Source: Saccostrea cucullata
Taxonomy: Eukaryota
Length of the DNA: 64,000 nt
Assembly: GCF_032062105.1 (NCBI RefSeq)
Contig: NW_026928871.1
Span: 1-64,000, forward strand
Direction of reading: 5' to 3'
Position 1 is the stretch's first letter; the number at the start of each line of letters is the position of its first letter. Under the pieces are notes generated by a model that had not been told where the DNA came from, did no database searches, and saw only the letters and a list, made by a program, of their open reading frames with translations. A program made the position numbers and the translations under genes. Positions 34,037 to 45,466 of this stretch are shown in pieces.

Positions 34037-37000
34037 ATGTCGGAGAAAAAGAACACGATACCCAAGTACATGAAATTTACCATCGGCGGATTAGCTGGGT
34101 AAGTAAATTTATAGCTCTTTCATTTATTAAATAGCAGGGGTAGCAATGCACGTGCAGTTTGAATGATCCAAGGACACGCACCTGCAACCGCAATTAAGGC
34201 CTTATTGTTTGACTGTCATTCAGATTCTAGAGGACACAGAGGACAATATATAGTTTACATTTCATTTTCAAATATAAAAACAAATATTTTATAATATCCT
34301 ATTGTTATTTTGAAATTTGCAGTTCATGATTTAGAAAGTAACCAAAATTTAAATGAGAAACATCCGGATTGCGAGCCCGATGTCATTTAAATTAATTACA
34401 AAACAATTTATCAGTAGTTGACAATACTTTTCTTGTTTCTTGTTAAAGCTTTTTTAAAAATTATGTTTTAGTTTCAAGATGTATAATGAATGGCATTATA
34501 ATTACCTTAAACCTTTATTTTAAAAATAATAATACAGATATTTTTTGTAACATATATTCATTCTAAAATTCACATTATCTGCCAAAGCAGATGTAACCCA
34601 GGTATTACTGTAAACCGACTTTTATTCGCATGCGAGAAATTTTCGTCAGAGCCTCGTCGTTGCGAATATTTCTTGCCGTGAATGGGTCCTTAAAGTATCT
34701 GTTTCTATTAACAACAGATCCAAAAAAAGGCTTTATTGTGAAAATCAATTGAGACAATTGTCGCAAACTAGTTTCTTCCCCCGAAAATCGCGAAATAATG
34801 TCGTCGCGAAAAAAAGTTGGTTTACAGTATCATTTGTATGAGCTATAAATAAGGGAATAGCCAATGTAACAGCTTCTGGTCAATGTGAGCGTGATTTTTT
34901 CTTTCCGCATATGACGTTGCACTTCCTTAGCATTCAACGATTGTGACCCGACATCCAAAAATTAAATACATGCTTTAATCTTTTGACCCCCTTTCTGTGT
35001 TTTGGTGTTTTGAATGCCATAGATTTTCATTCATTTTATATGCAGAAAACATTTGTAAGTCATTGTTTTGATGAAGTTCATTTTTTTTTGGTAAATTTAA
35101 TTTAATTTACATCTGAAAGGCCATCTTTTTTTTGTCTAAATGAGCACCTAAAATACATTGGATTCTATGTTGTGTATCTGAATGAGTGCATAAATATATT
35201 TGAATCTATGTTGTATTTCTGAATGAGTGCCTAAAATGTATTGAATTCTACATTGTATTTCAGAATGGGCGCTACAGTGTTTGTTCAGCCCCTGGACTTG
35301 GTAAAGAATAGAATGCAGCTCAGTGGTAAAGTTCTCAATCAAAAGCCTAATATCTACATGTATTTTAAATTACAATTTTTTATATCGTCATTAAAATTTT
35401 AATTTAAAATAAGTGTAAAAAGTGAGGAAAAAAGAATATTGATTATTATTCAGTATTTTCCATTAGATAAAAAAGTGTCACTAAAGTAAAAAAAAATTTT
35501 AAAAAATATTTTATGAAACTTGAAAAGAATTATTTAACTTTGTATGTTTGAAAAGAAAATGGTACTTTATTCAATAGGTGAGGGAGGCAAAAGTCGTCAG
35601 TATAAATCAAGTGGGCATGCCTTAATCACAGTACTGAGGAATGAGGGCATCACTGGGATCTACACAGGGTAAGCTTTGTCAAAATATTGCACAAGATATT
35701 CATACTACAGTGGAACCTCATTTATCCGGACGCTTTGGTCCTAGTCAATTTGTCCGGATATGTGAAGCGTCCGGATATCTGAATTACCAGTTAAAAAAAT
35801 AAATAACAATAAATTTTCGTTTGTTTAATTATTTTTTGAAACTTAAAAAAAAAAAATATTCAACTTTGTATGTGTGGGAACTGTATATGCTTCTGATTAT
35901 TTCACCAATTATGATCTTAAGTTTTTATTATCTCTCACTGTAAAAATGCAGTTGACACTGTCACACAAAATGTATATGGTGCAGAAAAAAGTTATCTCTA
36001 TCCAGATAAGTTATTTTGAAATAGTGAATGAAATTGATGGTTTTGGAATTTTTTTTCATTTTTAGTCTTTCAGCAGGACTTCTGCGTCAGGCGACTTACA
36101 CAACAACAAGAATGGGCATATACTCCTCCCTGTTTGAAAGATTCAGTGTGTAAGTGTCATATGATAAGTGTCTGTACTCCAATGTGAAGAAATTATATCT
36201 CATTCCAGCATTTATTTTGAATCAAAACTGAAAGGAAAAGTTATAAATTGTTTCAGAAAAAAAATACGAGAATGTTTAGTGTATTTTACAATACCACTAT
36301 CCACTTCAAAATATGTATTGAAATTTGAATTTATTTTTCAACAACTTAAAGAATATTTAAATTATATTGTTATCCTTTATTTAGGGATGGCAAACCTCCA
36401 AGCTTTTTCAAGAAAGTGTTTATAGGTGTGTTTGCTGGAGGTATTGGGGCATTTGTTGGAACCCCGGCTGAGTTGGCTCTTATAAGAATGACAGCAGATG
36501 GACGGTAAACTATGACATTACCACTATATATACTGTACATGTATTTCTTATACATGCATTACTACATTCAAAATTCATTGCAGTCTTCAACTGTTTAGAG
36601 GACTCATAACTATATAAGTGTATTTCTCTGTTATAATTACGTGTATTAAATTAAAAAGAAAAGGTTCACATTAGTGCACAGATAAGAAGCCTTAATACAT
36701 GTATGATAATTGCTACCGCCTTAAGTACTTTTACAGAAAGTAAAACAGAAAATATTCAGAGGGAGTAATTCAATTTGAAAAGTAAAGTGACATTAAAAAT
36801 ATCGTTATGTTAGTTTAAGAGTTGTTGTAAAATGTGCTTTATAAATAATAATTAATTTCATTACAACATGTATTGGTAACAATCCTCTGTTAAAACTAAT
36901 GTCCAAATAACTGTATCTCACTTCTATTCTCAATGACCGTGTAGTGTAGGGCAGCGCCGCGAGAATTCCATCGACATCGAAAGCAAGTTTTTTGACTTGC

Positions 37001-40000
37001 CTAGATAGCCGAGCGGTCTAGCGCGCTGTTCCTGCACTGCTAGGAGACAGATTCCGAAGGTCGAGAGTTCAACCCCGGGCTGGGGCGGAATTGGGTGTCC
37101 ATGTAAAACTGAATTTCTTTGTGCTTTCTGTATATATATAAAGATATATACATGTACAGCATTTATTTTCTCTTTTTCAGTCTCCCAGTTGAACAAAGAA
37201 GAGGATACAAAAATGTTTTTGACGCACTCAAAAGAGTGTGGTTAGAGGAAGGATTTTTAGCTCTCTTCAGGGTACAAGCCTTTAAACTTGACACTTTACG
37301 AGGGTTGATCCAAAAGTTCGTGGAATTTCTTTCTTAAATTTTAACGTGACTTGCTGAAATCAATCAACAGGCATATTCATATATTCATAATATAGAGTCA
37401 TAATGCAACAACATTGGAAAATTTCACCACTTTCCAATTACCAATAAGGTTACACGAACTCTCTGAAAATGGATAGTTGGGAAACCCGGGGGAGACTTTG
37501 ACGTAACGTCAAGTTAGATATGTCACGTCACCTTATAGAAGCATCTTGCCCAAATGTCCAATTATAATACGCAATTCTACAAAATGCTGCCTTTTTCTCC
37601 ATTTTTTTTTCTCAAGAAAAGCCTGGGTATCCTCTCGCTCCAACTTATCTTCATTTTTTTTTACTCATATTTCAAAATACTACCCATCTTTCCATATGAT
37701 GTTCCAATTTCAGTAGCAATGTCAAGAACAGGACAGCAGCCGACAACGTCCATTAACACTTTTAATTTGTCTAGGGGGATACGTACTTAAGCAGAGCCTC
37801 TAAAAAGCGACCACATCTTTTATCAACGTCAATGGAAGTTCTATTTTTCTTAAATTTCTTATGCCACTGGAAAACCAGCAACTAATGCATTTTTCCCAAG
37901 CCTATGTCAATAATGTACGCGTTTAAGATAGAGTGATCCCAGGATTTTCACAAAACGTGTGACTTGACCGAAATTTGACGTTATCTAACAACTTAAAAGA
38001 AAAACAATAAATCATCAACTTATAAACTAAATATCCAGTAAAATCAGTAAAATTCTCACACAAAGGTCTATAAAAGATCAAGCAATCGTAATAATGATAT
38101 AATTTTCGTTTTATATACCACATAGGGCGGTTTAATTCTTATTTCACGTATTAAGAATTAAAATAATAAGAAACGCGTTAATGTCTCCCCCGCATTTCCA
38201 AACAACCGTTTCTATTTCAACTGCCATAAAGTTACTATCCAAGATATTTACAAAGTTTTGTAATTTAAAATATTCATCAAGTGTCTACATTTTCATTTGT
38301 AATTTTCAACCAATTCCACTGAAAAATAAATAGAATATGAAGAAATTCCACGAACCTTTGGATCAACCCTCGTATGTGTTGATCTATCCAGTAGCTGTTA
38401 TTTATATGATAATGGACCTTGTTTGATTTATTTGTTCTCATTTTGTTAAATATTGAAGACAAAAACACAATGTCAAAAACGGAAAATATAATTTTGTATA
38501 TAGATGTACCAACATGTAGTTTCTATAATTTTAAATTACAAACGAGATTTAATTCACTCTGTTTTATTAAGACTTTTTAGCTCACCTCGACGAAGTCGAG
38601 ATGAGCTTATGCTATACCCCCGGCGTCGGTGTCGGAGTTTGCGTCGGCATCCCGGTTCAAGTTTTAGGAGCAGGTCCATTCTCAAGTAACTGTAAGCCCT
38701 ACCTGGACCAAACTTGCATGCATCTAGGGATGGACACTACCAGACTTGCTTCGGATGCTGGATGTGACCTACATTTTCCAGATGAGTGACCAGGTTAAAG
38801 TTTTTTGAGCAAGTCCATTCCCAAGGAATTCTAAGCCCTACCTGGACCAAACTTGCATGGATTATGCATCTAGGGATGGACACTACAAGACTTGCTTTGG
38901 ATGCTGGATGTGACCTACATTTTCCAGATGAGTGACCAGGTTAAAGTTTTTGGAGCAGGTCCATTCCCAAGGAACTATAAGCCCTACCCGGACCAAACTT
39001 GCATGGATGATGCATCTAGGGATGGACACTACCAGACTTGCTTCGGATGCTGGATGTGACCTACATTTTCCAGATGTGTGACCAGGTTAAAGTTTTTTGA
39101 GCAAGTCCATTCCCAAGGAATTCTAAGCCCTACCTGGACCAAACTTGCATGGATGATGCATCTAGGGATGGACACTACAAGACTTGCTTCGGATGCTGGA
39201 TCTGACCTACATTTTCTAGATGAGTGACCAGGTTACATCTTTTGAAGCAGGTCCATTCCCAAGTAACTATAAGCCCTACCCGGACCAAACTTGCATGGAT
39301 GATGCATCTAGGGATGGACACTACCAGACTTGCTTCGGATGCTGGATCTGACCTACATTTACCAGATTAGTGACTAAATTATTCCCAAGTAAGTATAAGC
39401 CCTACCCGGACCAAACTTGCATGGATAATGCATCTAGGGATGGACACTACCAGACTTGCTTCGGATGCTGAATGTGACCTACCAGATTAGTGACTAGATT
39501 ATTCCTATAAGTAACTATAAGCCCTACCCGGACCAAACTTGCAGGGATGATGCATCTAGGGATGGACAATCGAAACTTGCTTCGGATGCTGGATCTGACC
39601 CACATTTTCCAAACGAGTGACGAGGTTAAAGTTTTTGGAACAGGACAATCCCCATTGAATTTTAAGACCTACTTAAAGAGAACATGCTTGAATATTATTG
39701 TCAGAATAAAAACCAACTGTTAAGAAAATATGATGTGAGATTTGCATTACCTAAACTGATAACATTCGTCGAGGTGAGCTTCGTAATCTTTGATTACCTA
39801 TGTTTCACTTATCACAGGGAAGTGGCCCTACTATAGGAAGAGCTATGGTGGTGAATGCATCTCAGCTGTCCTCTTATTCACAAGTTAAACAATTTTTCCT
39901 TGACAGTATGTATACATTTAGATAGAAATCTAAGGGTAAAAACTCTTTGGAAATTAGAAAATACTGATTTCTGCTTAGGAACTTCTTGTAACATACATAG

Positions 40001-42667
40001 ATAAACAGATTTATACAAGATTGACTCTGTAAAGTACTAAAATTGTGATTAAAAAAAATCATTGTTTAAAAATGTAAATACCTGGGTATGTTTGTTTCAG
40101 GAGAAATGGTCAAAGATGGGTTGCTTCTCCATTTCGTTAGCAGTATGATCAGTGGCTTTGTGACGACAGTGTTCTCAATGCCTGTAGATATTGTGAAAAC
40201 TAGGTAATCATATTTTTTTATCTACTGAAAATTTGAACCCTCCTTTTATAGTACTAAACAAATATATATAGTTGTATGTATATATTAATTTCTTTTACAG
40301 AATACAGAACATGAAAACTATTGATGGAAAACCAGAGTACAAAGGAGCAATGGTAATATTTGACAATCTTATCACTGTAGTTAAATTAGAGGGGTAAAAA
40401 CTGCAGGAAAAGCATACATGTTCCATAACTTAAAAGCATTTTGAAAATTTGCAGTCTAGTTTGACATTTTTGTTAAACTTAAGGGTCCTCCACACCATGT
40501 GACTTGTGACGTATATAGAGAAAAAAATACTTTTACTTCCGGTTTTATCTAGTTTATGCATGGACAATTTGGCATAGCACCGTTTGTAAAAGAGTCTTAC
40601 AAATGCTTGAGAGATAAAGGTTTTACAAAGAGAAAAGTTTGCAGTACACTGAGAGCGACACCCTAATCATAAACAATGAACACATGGCATGGTCAGGGAG
40701 TGACCGATAGAAAAAGATGTGCGTTTTTTTTTTAAATAAAAGAACAACAGATATCTGGGATTATGTTACATAATAATTCGTAAACAACAGGTACCAGTAT
40801 GACGAGAAACGTTTAGGTTATTTATACTTTCAGGCTAATCAACCGAGTCTGTTTTGATAGTTGAAATTTTGGCACACTGATTCGTGCGTTTCAATAATAC
40901 ATTATCTCATTGTGTGTTCATAAATATTAATAAAATAGTGTGCGTTTCTAGTTTTCCTTTCTTATATCTGTCCAGTTCAGTGACCAGTAATTACTAAATA
41001 TAGTATGGTGACGAATGCGGAGACTTGCCAAAGTTTTTGAGTCCCGGGCAAAAGGAAAGATAATTCCAAAAAGGAACTTTGATACCAAAGATTTTGAAAA
41101 TAATTTTTCTACATCAGTGCATTTAATATTTTTAATTCAATTTTTTGATGTAATCTAATTCATTAATGTTTCTTCTCTACAAAAGGAGTCTTTACTGATT
41201 TTTTTCGAGATGCATTTTAGAGAAAATGAGTTTTATGTACTTTTCGTAAATAAAATAAAATTCTGTAATAAATAGTGTTGGCAACGAGTACCCGGTTAAC
41301 CGGTTAACCGTCGAACGTTGCGAGTATCGGTTAGTAAAACTGCTATTCGGTTACTCGGATAAAATACATTTTTCATAGTTAATAGGTATAAAATGATTTT
41401 TATGCTATTTGTAAATGTTTATTGACACATTTCCCTCATTTAATTACCGTTAATTACCGTTAGCTATAGGCTTGCTTTGCTGGTTTACAGTTGGGATCGA
41501 TTTGTTTTGATTAGTTTTCACAGCGTATATAATTTATGGCTTTGATTACCATGGGGGTACATGTTTTGAAAACCTGAGTTATAATTACTTTTAAAGTAGA
41601 CCTGTGATAGTTAGAGGGACTTACTTTCACAAGATGCCGCCGCAAACATCTAAAGCGTGGGTATATTAAAAAAAACTGAATCGAAATACGGGTGGAACTA
41701 CAATATGCTAAATCACCTTAGTTTGAAACATAATTCGGAAACCAGTGACTTGCAGGAAACTCTACAAAAACAACCAGCAATAACAAGGTCATGTGTTGAT
41801 AATTTTTTTAATCTTTAACGAAAACAAACTGACTGTTTCAAGTGACATTTATATTCAATAGTGTTCGAAGATGTTGTGTTTTTAAAGTTTGTATTTGTAA
41901 ATAAATTATAATTCATATACGTAGCATATGTGGATTATTTTTACCAATAAGTAAAAGGATGAGGTAAGTAATAAATACGGAAACTATTGCAAAAAATCAT
42001 CCGAGTAACCGGGTACTCGATCGGAAGAATAAGCGAGTAACCGGTTAGTAAAAATCGTCCGATTTGCCAACACTAGTAATAAATATATTGATCGATAAAA
42101 TTAAGTTTTTATGGTTATTCTGTGAGCTTAAAAATATACGAAAGGGTAAGACAAAATTTGTTGTGCTAGGTATGAAAATGCCTTGGGAAAAATTTCTTGA
42201 AACTTGTGAAATAATTTTTTTTAAAAATCAGTATAAATTATATTTTAATCCCTGGACAGTTTTTAAAGGTTGATATGCTTGTTAAAAGTAATGCTCAATA
42301 ATATGAGAACATACGCTGTGGGTGTGTGGAGGACCCTTCAACTTAGAATAATGTATTTGTTTGATTTTTTTCTTAAATAAGAATTCTCTGGAAAAGGTGG
42401 CCCATGTCCTATACTAGTATATCTTAAGTAATAAATGTCCTGAAATAGATTAATTATGACATTTTACATAACCTTTTTTCTTCATTACAGGATGTTTTTG
42501 TGAATACGATACGAAAGGAAGGCTTTTTCAGTCTATGGAAGGGATTCTTGCCATACTATTTCCGACTGGGACCTCACACAGTCTTGACTTTCATTTTCAT
42601 TGAACAGATGAATAGAATTTACGCAACAACTGTTCTAAAAGATGCCTCAGCGGGAAGGGGTTTATAA
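34037..42667 (+). CDS. SLC25A11: Mitochondrial 2-oxoglutarate/malate carrier, 309 aa; exons 34037-34098, 35264-35325, 35578-35668, 36066-36149, 36385-36504, 37181-37271, 39818-39905, 40101-40203, 40301-40352, 42491-42667
   Basis: Three carrier signatures QPLDLVKNRMQ, TPAELALIRM and MPVDIVKTRIQ, plus GLSAGLLRQATYTTTR, RAMVVNASQL and RLGPHTVLTFIF. All introns GT-AG and in phase. Confidence 0.96.
34606..34829. mobile_element. MITE with TA TSD (TA-CTGTAAACC ... GGTTTACAG-TA)
   Basis: TIR CTGTAAACCGACTTTTATTCGC versus GCGAAAAAAAGTTGGTTTACAG. Confidence 0.8.
35136..35272 (+). repeat. 41-42-bp tandem repeat ending in the SLC25A11 exon 2 acceptor
   Basis: CTAAATGAGCAC (35136), CTGAATGAGTGC (35178, 35219), CAGAATGGGCGC (35261). 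Confidence 0.8.
35706..35790 (+). mobile_element. Tigger/pogo-like terminal fragment
   Basis: TA-CAGTGGAACCTC.TTTATCCGGAC followed by repeated TCCGGATA; no partner end found. Confidence 0.55.
36999..37087 (+). pseudogene. tRNA-derived sequence (SINE head or pseudo-tRNA) in SLC25A11 intron 5
   Basis: A-box/D-arm TAGCCGAGCGGTCTAGCGCGCTG (Leu/Ser-like) and B-box-like GAGTTCAACCC. The acceptor and T stems are imperfect and the anticodon arm is oversized. Confidence 0.6.
37299..38372. mobile_element. Non-autonomous Tc1/mariner element in SLC25A11 intron 6
   Basis: TIR CGAGGGTTGATCCAAAAGTTCGTGGAATTTCTT with TA on both flanks; no transposase ORF. Confidence 0.9.
38574..39804 (+). mobile_element. 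HINE/Helentron-like element with ~146-bp tandem array
   Basis: Subterminal IR AGCTCACCTCGACGA / TCGTCGAGGTGAGCT, GGCGTC-type microsatellite, about 7 units, 3' palindrome GTAATCTTTGATTAC. Confidence 0.9.
40483..42336. mobile_element. Kolobok-like non-autonomous element in SLC25A11 intron 9
   Basis: TTAA|GGGTCCTCCACAC ... GTGTGGAGGACCC|TTCA; the TTAA target has one mismatch on the right. Confidence 0.7.
41273..42075 (+). mobile_element. hAT deletion derivative nested in the Kolobok-like element
   Basis: TIR TAGTGTTGGCAA, perfect 8-bp TSD GTAATAAA (41265-41272 and 42076-42083), subterminal AACCGGTTA repeats, BED-finger remnant from 41634. Confidence 0.92.
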
Positions 42668-45466
42668 CTCGGATGATGTTTAGATGATAGGATTTTTTAA
42701 AATTGAATTTCAGAGAAAATTGAAGAGCAGCTGATTTTGAAATATATTTATTAAAGAAGCTAGTTATTCTCCACATATATATATGAATATAATGAATTCT
42801 TATGAAAAAACCTAGAAAAATCATGTAACCATAAGCAAATATAATGCTTAATTTATAGAAGGCAGCTGGTTTTTCTTTAATAGTATAAATGCATAATCTG
42901 AAATGATTTAAAGATCTTGCAAAGGTAGAAACTAGTTACACCAAAAATACTCCCTCAAAACTACAGTTGTTATTATTTTGGAGTGTTAAAAGTAACTTGG
43001 GTATTTACTGTATGTAATACATGTAGTTATAAGTAGGTCTACACTGTATATGTATTAAGGTTTTATGAATATGTTGATTTGTTATAACTGTGATATTTCA
43101 AATACAGTTTCCATTTTAATAAAAATGTATTGTCTTTTACCCTGTGTAATACCTTTATATGAATGGACCAAAACTAAAGCTTTTTAAATTAAAGACGAAA
43201 ACTTAAAACTGGATTTGATACACAAGAGATGCTCTAATGTATAAACAATCCACAAAATAAGACTGACTATTGCCAAATAAGTAGGCAAAACAAGGAGATC
43301 AACAATCTCATTTAAAGTCAACATATTTTAAATTATTAGCTGTGACAATACAATGACCTTTTTTGCAGATACAAACTGACATTAAGTCAAATTTTGACTG
43401 ATGCCTTTCGTTGAATTGTGAGGTCATTATTTTCACAATGAACTGTCTACACATTTTCTCAATTACCCAATCATGAATAGGATGGTTACCCATTCATGAC
43501 AAGGAGCACATAAGATAAAGCTTATCCATGGTAACACACCTACATATGCACTTAGTTTTAAATAAGCCTACATAATATACAAAGATGCTACAATCAAACC
43601 AGACAATCACCATACAATTACAAATTCACAATTTCTTTTGAAAGATTACAAGTGATAAAAAAGAAGTGTGTACTCTACTAGTTATTTACAAAAAAAAAAT
43701 TGTCAGCATGCAGGGACTTCCATGCTAGTAGTATCATCTGTATATGGAATGCTAAAACGGTGTTCCATGGGATACAAAGCTCATTGAAATTGTATTTGAC
43801 TGGCGTGTCTGCATGAGTATATATCTGAAGACACATATCAACAAGCCTTAGAGACACAATTTATTAGAATAACTTTATTTCAATGATTGCAAAAAATCAA
43901 TGCACACAAGTGCATGTACACATTTTGAATAAAGAAGGGATTATATTCTTCCTTAACCATTCTGGATAATATTAAGTTCTCGATGATTGTGACATGCCTA
44001 CTGCAGTCATGTTCAATATTTCTAAGGTATTCCAAACCTAATAGGACTAATTCTTTATCAGCAAATATCACTACACATACATTTTAAAATACTATAAAAT
44101 AATTTCAAGTGTTTTACAGTCAAAAGAGATCTACCATTGAAGATATTTTTTCAGATTCAGTTACTTAAGCAGTAATCAATAAACAGACTGCATTGAGGCC
44201 TGCATGTATGGGGAAAAGCCTATGTTTTAAAAATTCAGATTCTAAGAATATCAATGCTGTGGCGGAAAGACTCTAACAGATATATATTTAAATTTATTGT
44301 TATTGAATTATTAAAATGGAAAGATTCACTCCCAACCTGATTAAAATCAGATCTCTGTTACTCTTTGAAATTCTGAATCCCCATTATAGCAACTCTCAAG
44401 ACATAACAAAGATCATCTGATCTTAAATTGAACTGGATCTCTTCAAGATCAGAAAAAGGTCACAACTTGGGACACATTCCACATTTATATACTAATAAAT
44501 CTTAGAAATAAAAGGGAATTATGTCTTCACATTAATGCATATTCCCCAAAATCAAAACTGTTATGCATTCAATTTCATTTTTTCAGGGATGGAATACCTT
44601 CATCAAACAAATTAAACCTGAAGCCTTTTCCAGCTTTTTAGAGACAAAAACAACCTATAAAACAGTTGGCTTGCTCATCAAATATCATAATTTACGTTTA
44701 TATATCTAAAATGAATTGATTTACATGCATTTCTTTTATAAAATTATAATGTAGCAAAATTTTAAAATTCATAAATTTTTTGAACTTGTAATAAAATAGA
44801 TTATGGAAGCTGCAAGTTTAAAATAAATACTAGACAGGTGGTACACAATATGTAAAATAAAGGTACACAGTCTGTGGCATCTTTTTGAAAGGTTATAAAT
44901 AATTTTAATAAACTTATCATTACACAGTTATCTTAATTTTAAACTAAAAGATGCATGATTTGTCCTTGTTTTTTTTTCTTTCATACTCATACCCATACAT
45001 TTTGGTCTTGTCATATCATGAACAAGGTGCATGCATTTAACATCATCTTTGAATACCTTTTCAACTTTTTTTTTTAATCAAAAAGTACTAAAATGTGTAA
45101 ATATTGAAAAATCTATCATCATCCCCAATAAATGTGTACCCTTTTTTATTATAGACAAAAGACAGTTTTCCTTTGTCCCATTGTTTTCTTTTCCAGCCAA
45201 GCTCAACTACATTAACACACAACAGAACATGAAACGTAAATTTTGCATTGTTCAGTGTCAGCACTTCATATGGCAAAATATAAAAACATGTTAACACAAA
45301 ATCATTCTTAAAAATTCAAAATAAAGTCTTGCTTTTTACAGATATCTACCAGCAAACAATGAGATTTAAGGTTTGGAATCTTTAAATACAATAGCACATG
45401 TAATATGCCCATTAATTTCACAATTCATGTACCATGGTATAAGAAATACATATAAATCATTCAGCA

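Noticed and set aside
36999-37087. Functional tRNA gene
   Set aside because: Acceptor and T stems pair poorly and there is no 7-nt anticodon loop.
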